A program made the position numbers and the translations under genes. Shown here piece by piece: positions 38,126 through 46,708 of a stretch of 60,452 bases of DNA (positions are counted from its first letter, which is position 1; each line of letters opens with the position of its first letter). Source of the DNA: an uncultured Rickettsiales bacterium (lineage in GTDB: Bacteria > Pseudomonadota > Alphaproteobacteria > WRAU01 > CAYYLE01); contig CAYYLE010000002.1 in NCBI GenBank assembly GCA_964472375.1, forward strand, positions 1-60,452. Reading direction: 5' to 3'. Under the pieces are notes generated by a model that did no database searches, had not been told where the DNA came from, and saw only the letters and a list, made by a program, of their open reading frames with translations.

Positions 38126-39151
38126 TTATTGTAGTGTAGCACTTAAAGAAAGCAAAGCACCATTACTTGTTTCGTTTTCTTGGTTGTATTTTTCTGTGTA
38201 TGAAAATAAAGAGCCTTTTAGAGCAAATACATTGTTGATTTTATACATCCCATGAAGTGAAGTATAGTAAACCATATTTTCTTGCTTGTATTGCTCTAAT
38301 TTTGAGTTTAAATAATTTAGTTCAAGCATAAAATTATGTATTTGGTACTGAAGCTTTGTTTCGTAAATTAAACTTTGGTTGTTTTCTAAAAAATTATTTT
38401 TGTATGAAAATAAAACAGTAAAACCAAGGTAAGAGATTCTTGTTAAAGCTCCATGCTCATTATTTAAAAAAACATCATTTAAGTTGGTTTCTCTTTTTTT
38501 GTATTTTCTATAATTTATTTTTATGTCATATGCTATTGCGTAGCTTTCGTTAAAATATGCTATTGTTGTGTCAAAAATATCTGCTATATTATGTTCGTTA
38601 AAAGTGTAAGAGCCTGCAATAAGGGTGTTGTAATTATCAGCAAGATACTTGTTGTAGTAAGATACATTAAAATTGTTTGAGTTACTGTAACTGCTTGTAT
38701 AAATATTGTTACTAAGTCTTGTTTTTTTATAATCAACAAAATCAAATAAATTATTAAAAGTGCTTATTTTGTTAGTGTGAAAAAAGCTATTGTAAAATGT
38801 TTGCGAATTTATATTGGGTAAAATTCCAAAGCTTAAGTTGTGTGAGTTAGTTTTTAGTTCAATATTTGCATTTTCAATATAATTTAATGAGTTTTTATTT
38901 TGTTTATCAAAAATAAAAGATGTTTCTTTCAGGTTTGTGGCTTTTAGGTTTAAAGAAACTGCATCTCTGGCACCAAATTTTTGTGTATATTTTAGTTTTA
39001 TGTAGCTATCATGGTTGTATTTTTCAAAAAAACTAGAGCTGTTTACTATTTGTTCTGTGTGTAGCTTGTAGCTCATATTTTGCTCAAAACTATTTAATTT
39101 TAAACAAGAGTATGAAAGCAGTATTATTGACCATATGGTTGTTTTTTTCAT
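38126..39151 (-). CDS. Hypothetical secreted protein, possible outer-membrane beta-barrel
   Basis: The 341-aa protein has an N-terminal signal-like segment (MKKTTIWSIILLSYSCLKLNSF). It is extremely N/Y/S/F-rich with alternating hydrophobic patterns suggestive of beta-strands. I recognise no family, and the C-terminus (SATLQ) lacks the usual terminal aromatic residue. Confidence 0.4.
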   Translation of the reverse strand: MKKTTIWSIILLSYSCLKLNSFEQNMSYKLHTEQIVNSSSFFEKYNHDSYIKLKYTQKFGARDAVSLNLKATNLKETSFIFDKQNKNSLNYIENANIELKTNSHNLSFGILPNINSQTFYNSFFHTNKISTFNNLFDFVDYKKTRLSNNIYTSSYSNSNNFNVSYYNKYLADNYNTLIAGSYTFNEHNIADIFDTTIAYFNESYAIAYDIKINYRKYKKRETNLNDVFLNNEHGALTRISYLGFTVLFSYKNNFLENNQSLIYETKLQYQIHNFMLELNYLNSKLEQYKQENMVYYTSLHGMYKINNVFALKGSLFSYTEKYNQENETSNGALLSLSATLQ

Positions 39152-39278
39152 AAATATTTATATACTTTGCTAAGTTGTTGATAATGCAATATAATACCAT
39201 ATAAAGTATTTCCTATTTACACAACCTGATTTTTGGTTGTTTTAACTTGTATTTTGTTTAATTTAATTATTTTGAAAA

Positions 39279-39707
39279 ATGAAAAATAAAGTTTTATATT
39301 TTTTAGCTATTGTGTTTGCATACTTAAGTATTAGTGTGAGTTCAGCAAATGATAAAGTTGATATCAATGAGTTACCTTTTTTAATAAATGTTAATAAACA
39401 TGCTTGGTTTGCAAGTCTTGAGGTTTTAAGCTTTGCACCTGTTGAGATTGTAGAGCCTTTTTCTGGTGTTGTTTCAACGCAGTGGTACTCATCAGAAGCT
39501 GACTTGGAAAGGTTTAAGATTACAGTTTATATAAAAGAAGCACTTTTAACAGCATCTACTGTTGATGTGAAGGTTTATAAAAAAGTTAAAGTTTCTGGTC
39601 AGTGGAAAGATGTAAAAGCTCCTAAAGAACTTGAAGAAAGAATAGAGCTTGCAATACTTACAACAGCAAGAAGCTTAAGAAGAGAAGAATTTATTTCATC
39701 AAGGTAG
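39279..39707 (+). CDS. DUF3576-like periplasmic protein
   Basis: The protein has a signal peptide and the segment WFASLEVLSFAPVEIVEPFSGVVSTQWY, which resembles the DUF3576 core. Its position immediately upstream of leuS is conserved in alphaproteobacteria. Confidence 0.65.
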   Translation: MKNKVLYFLAIVFAYLSISVSSANDKVDINELPFLINVNKHAWFASLEVLSFAPVEIVEPFSGVVSTQWYSSEADLERFKITVYIKEALLTASTVDVKVYKKVKVSGQWKDVKAPKELEERIELAILTTARSLRREEFISSR

Positions 39708-39711
39708 TTAA

Positions 39712-42246
39712 ATGAGATACAACTTTAAGCAAAATGAAAAAAAATGGCAAAAATATTGGCTAGAAAATAGTAAAAATATTTTTACAAACCACAAAGACAA
39801 AGAAAAATACTATGTTTTAGAAATGTTTCCATATCCATCAGGAAACATACACATGGGGCATGTAAGAAACTACACACTAGGCGATATTATAGCTCGTTAC
39901 TATCAGCTAAATGGCTATAATGTAATACACCCAATGGGTTGGGATGCCTTTGGTTTACCTGCTGAAAATGCAGCAAAAGAACACAACGTAAACCCAGGTG
40001 ATTGGACCTACAAAAACATTGAAAAAATGAAGCTTGTATTGCAAGAGCTTGGTTTTTTAATAGATTGGTCAAAAGAGTTTGCAACATGTGATGAAAACTA
40101 CTATAAGCATGAGCAAGCAATATTTTTAAAGCTTTATGAAAAAGGCTTAGCTTTTAAAAAAGAAACTTGGGTAAATTGGGACCCATTAGAGCATAGTGTA
40201 TTAGCCAATGAGCAAGTTGTTGACGGTAAGGGCTGGCGTTCAGGTGCTTTGGTTGAGCAAAAGCTTATGAGCCAATGGTTTTTAAAGATTTCAGATTACT
40301 CCCAAGAGCTTTTAGATGGCATTGAAACCCTAAAAGATTGGCCTGAAAAGGTTAAAACCATGCAAAAAAATTGGATTGGTAAATCTAAAGGGGCTTATAT
40401 AGACTTTAAAATTAAAAATTCTGATGAAAACCTTAGAATTTTTACCACAAGACCAGAAACAATTTTTGGGGCAACTTATGCTTGTATATCTCCTAAGCAT
40501 AAAATAGCAATAGAGCTAGCAGAACAAAGTGAAGATATTAAAAAAGCTATAACTAAGTTTAATTCTTTAGGCACAAGTAAATCAGTAATTGATAAAGCCG
40601 AAAAAGAAGGCATAGATACAGGTTTAAAGTTAATTCACCCTTTTGATTCTAGTATTGAAATACCTTTATATATTGCAAACTTTGTGCTTGTAGATTATGG
40701 CAACGGTGCGTTATTTTCTTGCCCTGCACATGATGAAAGAGACTTTGAGTTTGCACAAAAATATAACCTGCCAATTATTCCAGTTGTAAGGGGCGAAAAA
40801 AGCAAGCTACCTGAAAAACCGTACACAGACAAAAAAGGTGTTATGATAAATTCTTCTTTCTTAGATGGCTTAAGTGTTGAAGATGCTTTTGATAAAGCTA
40901 TTTTAGAGCTAGAAAGCAAAAACTGTGGCGGTGCAGAAACAAACTATCGTTTAAAAGATTGGTTAATCTCAAGGCAAAGGTACTGGGGTTCACCTATACC
41001 TATTGTGTATTGTAAAAGCTGTGGCACTGTACCAGAAAAAGAAGAAAACCTACCTATTGCATTACCAAAAGATGTAGATATGAGCCAAAAAGGTAACCCT
41101 TTAGATGCTCATAAAACTTGGAAGCACTGTAAATGCCCTAATTGTGGTCAAGATGCCACTAGAGAAACAGACACTTTTGATACTTTCATGGAATCTTCTT
41201 GGTATTTCTTGCGTTTTGCATCTTTGCACGATGATAAACCATTTGATAAAAATGAGATTAACAAAAACCTTCCTGTTGATATGTATATAGGCGGCATTGA
41301 GCATGCTATTTTGCACTTATTGTACTCAAGGTTTTTTACAAGAGCATTAATTGACACAAATCTACTTGATGAAAGCGTAAAAGAGCCATTTAAGGCACTT
41401 TTAACCCTTGGAATGGTTTGCCATGCTGTGTATAAAGATGAAGATGGTGCTTATGTTTTTCCTCAAGATGTTTTTGCAGATGAAGGCGGAGTTCTTTTAC
41501 ATAAGGAAACTGGCAAAAAAGTTTCTGTTTTCCCTTCAGAAAAAATGAGTAAGTCAAAAAAGAACATAGCAGACCCTGTGCATTACTATAAAGAATATGG
41601 TGCTGATGCTTGTCGTTTGTTTGTAGTATCTGATTCACCTCCAACAAGAGATGTGCAATGGAGCGAAGAGGGTATTGAAGGTACTTGGCGTTTTTTAAAC
41701 AAGCTATGGAATGTGTCTTTAAAGGTAAGTGAGCAAGAGTTTAGAGATTTTGGAGAGAGTGAAGACCTTAAAAAGCTTACACACAAAACAATTGCAAGTG
41801 TGAGTGCTGATATTAAAGCAATGCGTTACAATAAAGCAATTGCAGGCACAAGAGAGCTTTTTAACGAAGTTGAAAAACTTGTCAACAGTAATAAAATTTG
41901 TAGTAATTTGCAAGAAAGTATAGAAGCAATAGTTATGCTTTTAAATCCTTTTGTGCCTCATATTACAGAAGAGATATGGCAAAATATCTTTAAAAAGAGC
42001 AAAACTATAACAGAAGGCAGTTGGCTAAAATACAACAAAGAGTTTGCAGATGTTGACACTGCAAATATAGCTGTGCAGGTTAATGGAAAAACAAGAGATG
42101 TTGTTACAGTTAGTAAATCTATAACAAAAGAAGATATGTTAAACCTTGTTGAAAAAGAAAGCACTGCTTATAGGTTTATAGAAGGTAAAGAGGTGAAAAA
42201 AGTTATTTTTGTACCTGGAAGAATAATAAATGTTATTGTGGTTTAA
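39712..42246 (+). CDS. leuS: Leucine--tRNA ligase
   Basis: The 844-aa class I aminoacyl-tRNA synthetase has the HIGH-type motif ([13 protein letters not shown]), KMSKS and a CP1 editing domain. Confidence 0.97.
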   Translation: MRYNFKQNEKKWQKYWLENSKNIFTNHKDKEKYYVLEMFPYPSGNIHMGHVRNYTLGDIIARYYQLNGYNVIHPMGWDAFGLPAENAAKEHNVNPGDWTYKNIEKMKLVLQELGFLIDWSKEFATCDENYYKHEQAIFLKLYEKGLAFKKETWVNWDPLEHSVLANEQVVDGKGWRSGALVEQKLMSQWFLKISDYSQELLDGIETLKDWPEKVKTMQKNWIGKSKGAYIDFKIKNSDENLRIFTTRPETIFGATYACISPKHKIAIELAEQSEDIKKAITKFNSLGTSKSVIDKAEKEGIDTGLKLIHPFDSSIEIPLYIANFVLVDYGNGALFSCPAHDERDFEFAQKYNLPIIPVVRGEKSKLPEKPYTDKKGVMINSSFLDGLSVEDAFDKAILELESKNCGGAETNYRLKDWLISRQRYWGSPIPIVYCKSCGTVPEKEENLPIALPKDVDMSQKGNPLDAHKTWKHCKCPNCGQDATRETDTFDTFMESSWYFLRFASLHDDKPFDKNEINKNLPVDMYIGGIEHAILHLLYSRFFTRALIDTNLLDESVKEPFKALLTLGMVCHAVYKDEDGAYVFPQDVFADEGGVLLHKETGKKVSVFPSEKMSKSKKNIADPVHYYKEYGADACRLFVVSDSPPTRDVQWSEEGIEGTWRFLNKLWNVSLKVSEQEFRDFGESEDLKKLTHKTIASVSADIKAMRYNKAIAGTRELFNEVEKLVNSNKICSNLQESIEAIVMLLNPFVPHITEEIWQNIFKKSKTITEGSWLKYNKEFADVDTANIAVQVNGKTRDVVTVSKSITKEDMLNLVEKESTAYRFIEGKEVKKVIFVPGRIINVIVV

Positions 42247-42724
42247 GTTACTTTTATTAACCCTTGTGTTGTTTGTAAACTCTTGTGGGCTTTCATATCA
42301 ATATGGGGGTATGCTTTCTGCAAAAAATAAGGTTTATGTAGATTATATAGAAGGCGTTGAAGGTAATATCTTACGCAATAGGCTTGCAGATTACTTTAGT
42401 GCTGATGTTACCAAAGATAGCAAGTATGTTATAAGGTCAAATGTAACTATAAATACAGTAAATAGCAATACTGATTCTGAAGGCTTTGCTACTTCTAAAA
42501 TGGTTTATGTATATGCACATTGGCAACTTTATGACATTGAAACAGGCGACATTATCTATGAAGATGTATCTAATAGTTTTTCAAAATATTCATTTAGAGA
42601 TTTAAACTACCTAAACAACCAAGATGAAGTTAGCTCTATTGACGCAAGTATTTTAGTTATAGCTAAAAAAATATTTGATTCCGTATCATTAGTACTTGTA
42701 AATATGGAAGAACAAGAAGAGTAA
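42230..42724 (+). CDS. lptE: LPS-assembly lipoprotein LptE
   Basis: The protein has a signal peptide with a lipobox (LFVNSC). It is about 160 aa long. It occupies the conserved leuS-lptE-holA position and overlaps the end of leuS by 17 nt. Confidence 0.7.
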   Translation: MLLWFKLLLLTLVLFVNSCGLSYQYGGMLSAKNKVYVDYIEGVEGNILRNRLADYFSADVTKDSKYVIRSNVTINTVNSNTDSEGFATSKMVYVYAHWQLYDIETGDIIYEDVSNSFSKYSFRDLNYLNNQDEVSSIDASILVIAKKIFDSVSLVLVNMEEQEE

Positions 42725-42735
42725 GGTAGGTTTTT

Positions 42736-43746
42736 ATGAAAGTTTTTAAAAACCAAGATAGTTTTTTAACCTCTTTAACAAAAAATGAAATCAAAGTTGT
42801 TTTATTTTATGGCAAAGACTTGGGTTTAATATCTTTTTACAGTCAGATTGCAGCTAGTAATTTAGTTTCTCAAAATTTTTCAAAACATGTTTTATTTGCT
42901 AATGAGCTAAAAGATAACACCAAGGCTTTTGAAAACACATTGCAATCAAATGATTTATTTGCAGGAGAAGCTAGTTCAAAATGTATTATTTTAAAAGGCG
43001 ATTTCCCTAAACTTGTAGAGATTTTAAAGTCTGTTGTCCCACACATGCAAGACACAATAGTGTTGATTGAAGCAGGTGATTTACTTCCATCTTCAAAACT
43101 TAGGGCTTTTTGTGATAAAGAACAAAATACAGCAAGTGTTGCTTGCTACCAAGAGACAGAAGGGGAAGTAAAAACATATGTTGCAAGTTCTTTAAAAGAA
43201 GATGGATACAAAATAGAACAAGATGCACTTAATTTTGTTGCTACAAAGCTAGGTAACAACAAGATGGTAACCAAGCAAGAGATAGAAAAACTAAAACTAT
43301 ACAAGCTAGATGATAAAAACATTAGTTTAGAAGATGTTTCTTTAGCTATTGGGCAAAATGATAATATTGCAATTGATAAAATAATTAATGCCTGTTATTC
43401 AAAATCTTTAGGTAATTTACATTCTTACATAGAAGAAGAAACGCTTAAAAATATAGGTGTTATGCCTATTGTAAGGTCTTTGCTTAATCATTGCTTAAAG
43501 TTAATTACTATAAAGCTTTTATTAAGAGAAAAAAATGACTTTGAAGTTGCTGTTACTACACTTAAGCCACCTATGTTTTACAAGCAGAAAAATGAAATAC
43601 GCTCTTATATTAATTTGTGGTCCTTAAAATCATTGTTTGAGGTTTATAATGAACTTATATTGCAAGAGATTTCAGTTAAAAAGAACAGTCCAATTGCAGA
43701 GATTATTTTACAAAATACATGTATTAAAATAGCAAATTACTACTAG
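42736..43746 (+). CDS. holA: DNA polymerase III delta subunit
   Basis: The 336-aa size matches, and the position after leuS-lptE is conserved. The N-terminal region (VVLFYGKDLGLI) resembles the HolA pattern. Confidence 0.75.
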   Translation: MKVFKNQDSFLTSLTKNEIKVVLFYGKDLGLISFYSQIAASNLVSQNFSKHVLFANELKDNTKAFENTLQSNDLFAGEASSKCIILKGDFPKLVEILKSVVPHMQDTIVLIEAGDLLPSSKLRAFCDKEQNTASVACYQETEGEVKTYVASSLKEDGYKIEQDALNFVATKLGNNKMVTKQEIEKLKLYKLDDKNISLEDVSLAIGQNDNIAIDKIINACYSKSLGNLHSYIEEETLKNIGVMPIVRSLLNHCLKLITIKLLLREKNDFEVAVTTLKPPMFYKQKNEIRSYINLWSLKSLFEVYNELILQEISVKKNSPIAEIILQNTCIKIANYY

Positions 43747-43756
43747 GAGGATAAAA

Positions 43757-43921
43757 ATGAAAAATCTACAAAAAGAATATGTAAATGAAAGAAAGGTTGT
43801 TTGCTCTGGTCAAGGAAATACCCTTGGTCATCCTACTGTTTATTTAAAAATAGCAAAAAATCAAACAGAGGTTGCATGCCCATATTGCTCTAAAAAGTTT
43901 ATTTTAGATTTAAAAAAGTAA
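43757..43921 (+). CDS. Small zinc-finger (zf-CHCC-like) protein
   Basis: I translated this by hand: MKNLQKEYVNERKVVCSGQGNTLGHPTVYLKIAKNQTEVACPYCSKKFILDLKK (54 aa). A GGAGG Shine-Dalgarno lies at 43746-43750. The C...H...CxxC pattern matches the small zinc-finger proteins common in alphaproteobacteria and the mitochondrial NDUFS6 C-terminus. Confidence 0.6.
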   Translation: MKNLQKEYVNERKVVCSGQGNTLGHPTVYLKIAKNQTEVACPYCSKKFILDLKK

Positions 43922-43930
43922 AGGTTTTTC

Positions 43931-46681
43931 ATGAAGTTGTATCTTGTCGATGGTTCTGCTTTTATATTTAGGGCTTATTATGCTTTGCCTGATATGTATA
44001 GAAAAGATGGTGTTCAGGTAAATGCCGTGTATGGTTTTACTAAAATGATGCTAAGCGTAAAAGAAGAGCTTTGTCAAGATGACTTAATAGCAGTTGTTAT
44101 GGACCATAAAGATAAGTCTTTTCGTAACCAAATATATGATAAATACAAAGCAAATAGAAAAGCCCCGCCTGAAGATCTTATTCCTCAATTTGAGCTAATA
44201 GACAAAGCAATATCTGCACTTTCTCTTAGAATGCTACGCAAAAAAGGGTTTGAGGCTGATGATATTATAGCAAGCTATACAAAACAAGCTGAAGAAGATG
44301 GGGTAGAGGTTGTTGTAGTTTCATCAGATAAAGATTTAATGCAACTTGTTTCTAAAAATGTTTGTATGTACGACCCTATGAAAAAAAAGATGATAAAAGA
44401 ACAAGAAGTGCATGAAAAATTTGGGGTAATCCCAAGTAAGGTAGTAGATGTTCAGGCTTTAACAGGAGACAGTAGTGACAATATTCCTGGTGTAAAAAGT
44501 GTAGGGCCAAAAACAGCAGCGACCTTAATAGATGAATACGGTTCTTTAGAAGGCGTTTATGAAAATATAGAAAATATAAGCAAAAAAAAGCTAAAAGAAA
44601 ACCTTATAACATATAAAGATGATGCTTTTTTATCTTACAAGCTTGCAAGTTTGAGCTGTGAGGCCTTGTTAGAAAGTGTAGATTATAAAGACCTTGTAAA
44701 TAGCTCATTATGTGAAAATACTTTTGCTGACTTTTTATTGGAAAATAATTTCAACTCTATGTATAAAAGCTTTGTTAAAAAATGCAATAGTTTAAACCTA
44801 GATATAGAAGCAACAGCTGTCTTTAAAAAAGAAACACACCAAGAGGCTGAAAAAGGTGGAAAGATAGCTATAAGTGAAGTTGATGGAAGAAAAGGAAGCT
44901 ACAAACTCATTGAAAATAATGATGATTTTAATATCTTAATTGAAAGATTAGAAAACAGTTTTATATTTTCTTTTGACCTTGAAACAGATAGCCTAGATGA
45001 AATAAATGCAAATATTGTAGGTATATCTTTGGCTTTATCATGCTATGAGGCTTATTATATTCCCTTAAAAAACCACAAAGATTTTGAAGTAAGTCTAGAT
45101 GAAAATAAAGTTTTACAAAGCTTAAAAAAATACCTAGAAGATAAAAAGATACTAAAAGTAGCACATAACTCTAAATACGATATATTAGTACTGAAAAAAT
45201 ACAATGTAAGTGTTGTAAGCTATGATGATATTATGCTAATGAGCTATGTTATAAATAGCACTAAAATTAGCCATAGTTTAGACAGTCTTGCAAACCATTA
45301 CTTAAGTTATAAAACTATAAAATTTGAAGATGTTGTTGCAAAGAAACAGACTTTTCAAGATGTTGAAATAGTAAAAGCAACAGAGTATGCAGCAGAAGAT
45401 GCTGATATAACCTTAAGGCTTTATTGCTTATTAAAAAATATGCTTTTGGCTTCCAAAGCTAAGTACATTTATGAAAAATACGACAAACCTCTTGTAGATG
45501 TTTTGCTAAGCATGGAAAATGAAGGTATTTTAGTTGATAAAAACTATTTGCAAGATCTATCAGTAATTTTTAAAAGTAAGATAAATGAACTAACAGAAGA
45601 TATTTTTAAAAAAACAGGCTGCGAGTTTAATTTATCTTCACCTAAGCAATTAGGGGAGGTTTTGTTTGAAAAACTATCTTTCAAAGGTAGTAAAAACAAA
45701 AATGGTAGCTGGAAGACGGATGTGCTTTCGCTTGAGAAAATAGAGGATGAAGAAACGGGTTTAATTAAGCAAATTTTGTATTGGAGGCAAATAAACAAGC
45801 TAAAAACCACATATACAGATGCTTTAATATCTGCAATTAACCCAAAAACTGAAAGAGTACATACATCTTATTTGCAGTTTATTGTAAATACTGGGCGTTT
45901 ATCTTCACAAAACCCTAACTTGCAAAATATTCCTGTTAAAACAGAAGAGGGTAGAAAAATAAGACAAGCTTTTAAGGCAAAAGATGGCTTTGTGTTGCTT
46001 TCTGCTGATTACTCTCAAGTAGAGCTTAGAGTTCTTGCCTATTATGCAGGGGTTGACAATCTCATTAAAGCTTTTAACGAAGGTAAAGATATACATAAAA
46101 TAACAGCAAGTGAAGTTTTTGAGATTAGTTTAGAAGATGTAACCAATGAACATAGGTCTAAAGCTAAAATGATTAATTTTGGTATTGTTTATGGAATATC
46201 TCCTTATGGGCTTGCAAAAAGATTAAATATTAGTGCAGATGAAGCAAAAGCTTACATATCATCTTATTTTAAAAAATACCCAAAAATAGCAGAATACATG
46301 GAAAACACAAAGTCTTTTGCAAGAGACAATGGCTATGTTTGCACTATGTCAGGTCGTATGTGCCATATAGAAAACATAAAAAGTAGCAATGGTGCTTTAA
46401 GGTCTTTTGCAGAAAGGGTGGCAATAAATGCACCAATACAAGGCAGTGCAGCTGATATCATGAAGCTTGCAATGATAAATGTGCAAAATGCTATTAACAA
46501 ACAAGGTTTAAAGTCAAAAATATTATTGCAAATACACGATGAAATAGTGCTAGAGGTTTTACCACAAGAGCTTGAGCAAATTAAAGCTCTATTAAGGCAA
46601 GAAATGACCCATTTAGACGGTATTGATATCAATCTTGATGTTGATATAAACACAGGCTATAAATGGTCCGATATTAAGTAA
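43931..46681 (+). CDS. polA: DNA polymerase I
   Basis: The 916-aa protein has a 5'-nuclease domain, a 3'-5' exonuclease motif (FSFDLETDSL) and the polymerase motifs DYSQVELRVLA, RSKAKMINFGIVYG and QIHDEIVLE. Confidence 0.97.
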   Translation: MKLYLVDGSAFIFRAYYALPDMYRKDGVQVNAVYGFTKMMLSVKEELCQDDLIAVVMDHKDKSFRNQIYDKYKANRKAPPEDLIPQFELIDKAISALSLRMLRKKGFEADDIIASYTKQAEEDGVEVVVVSSDKDLMQLVSKNVCMYDPMKKKMIKEQEVHEKFGVIPSKVVDVQALTGDSSDNIPGVKSVGPKTAATLIDEYGSLEGVYENIENISKKKLKENLITYKDDAFLSYKLASLSCEALLESVDYKDLVNSSLCENTFADFLLENNFNSMYKSFVKKCNSLNLDIEATAVFKKETHQEAEKGGKIAISEVDGRKGSYKLIENNDDFNILIERLENSFIFSFDLETDSLDEINANIVGISLALSCYEAYYIPLKNHKDFEVSLDENKVLQSLKKYLEDKKILKVAHNSKYDILVLKKYNVSVVSYDDIMLMSYVINSTKISHSLDSLANHYLSYKTIKFEDVVAKKQTFQDVEIVKATEYAAEDADITLRLYCLLKNMLLASKAKYIYEKYDKPLVDVLLSMENEGILVDKNYLQDLSVIFKSKINELTEDIFKKTGCEFNLSSPKQLGEVLFEKLSFKGSKNKNGSWKTDVLSLEKIEDEETGLIKQILYWRQINKLKTTYTDALISAINPKTERVHTSYLQFIVNTGRLSSQNPNLQNIPVKTEEGRKIRQAFKAKDGFVLLSADYSQVELRVLAYYAGVDNLIKAFNEGKDIHKITASEVFEISLEDVTNEHRSKAKMINFGIVYGISPYGLAKRLNISADEAKAYISSYFKKYPKIAEYMENTKSFARDNGYVCTMSGRMCHIENIKSSNGALRSFAERVAINAPIQGSAADIMKLAMINVQNAINKQGLKSKILLQIHDEIVLEVLPQELEQIKALLRQEMTHLDGIDINLDVDINTGYKWSDIK

Positions 46682-46708
46682 AAATACAGCTAAAATGATA
46701 AATAAAAG

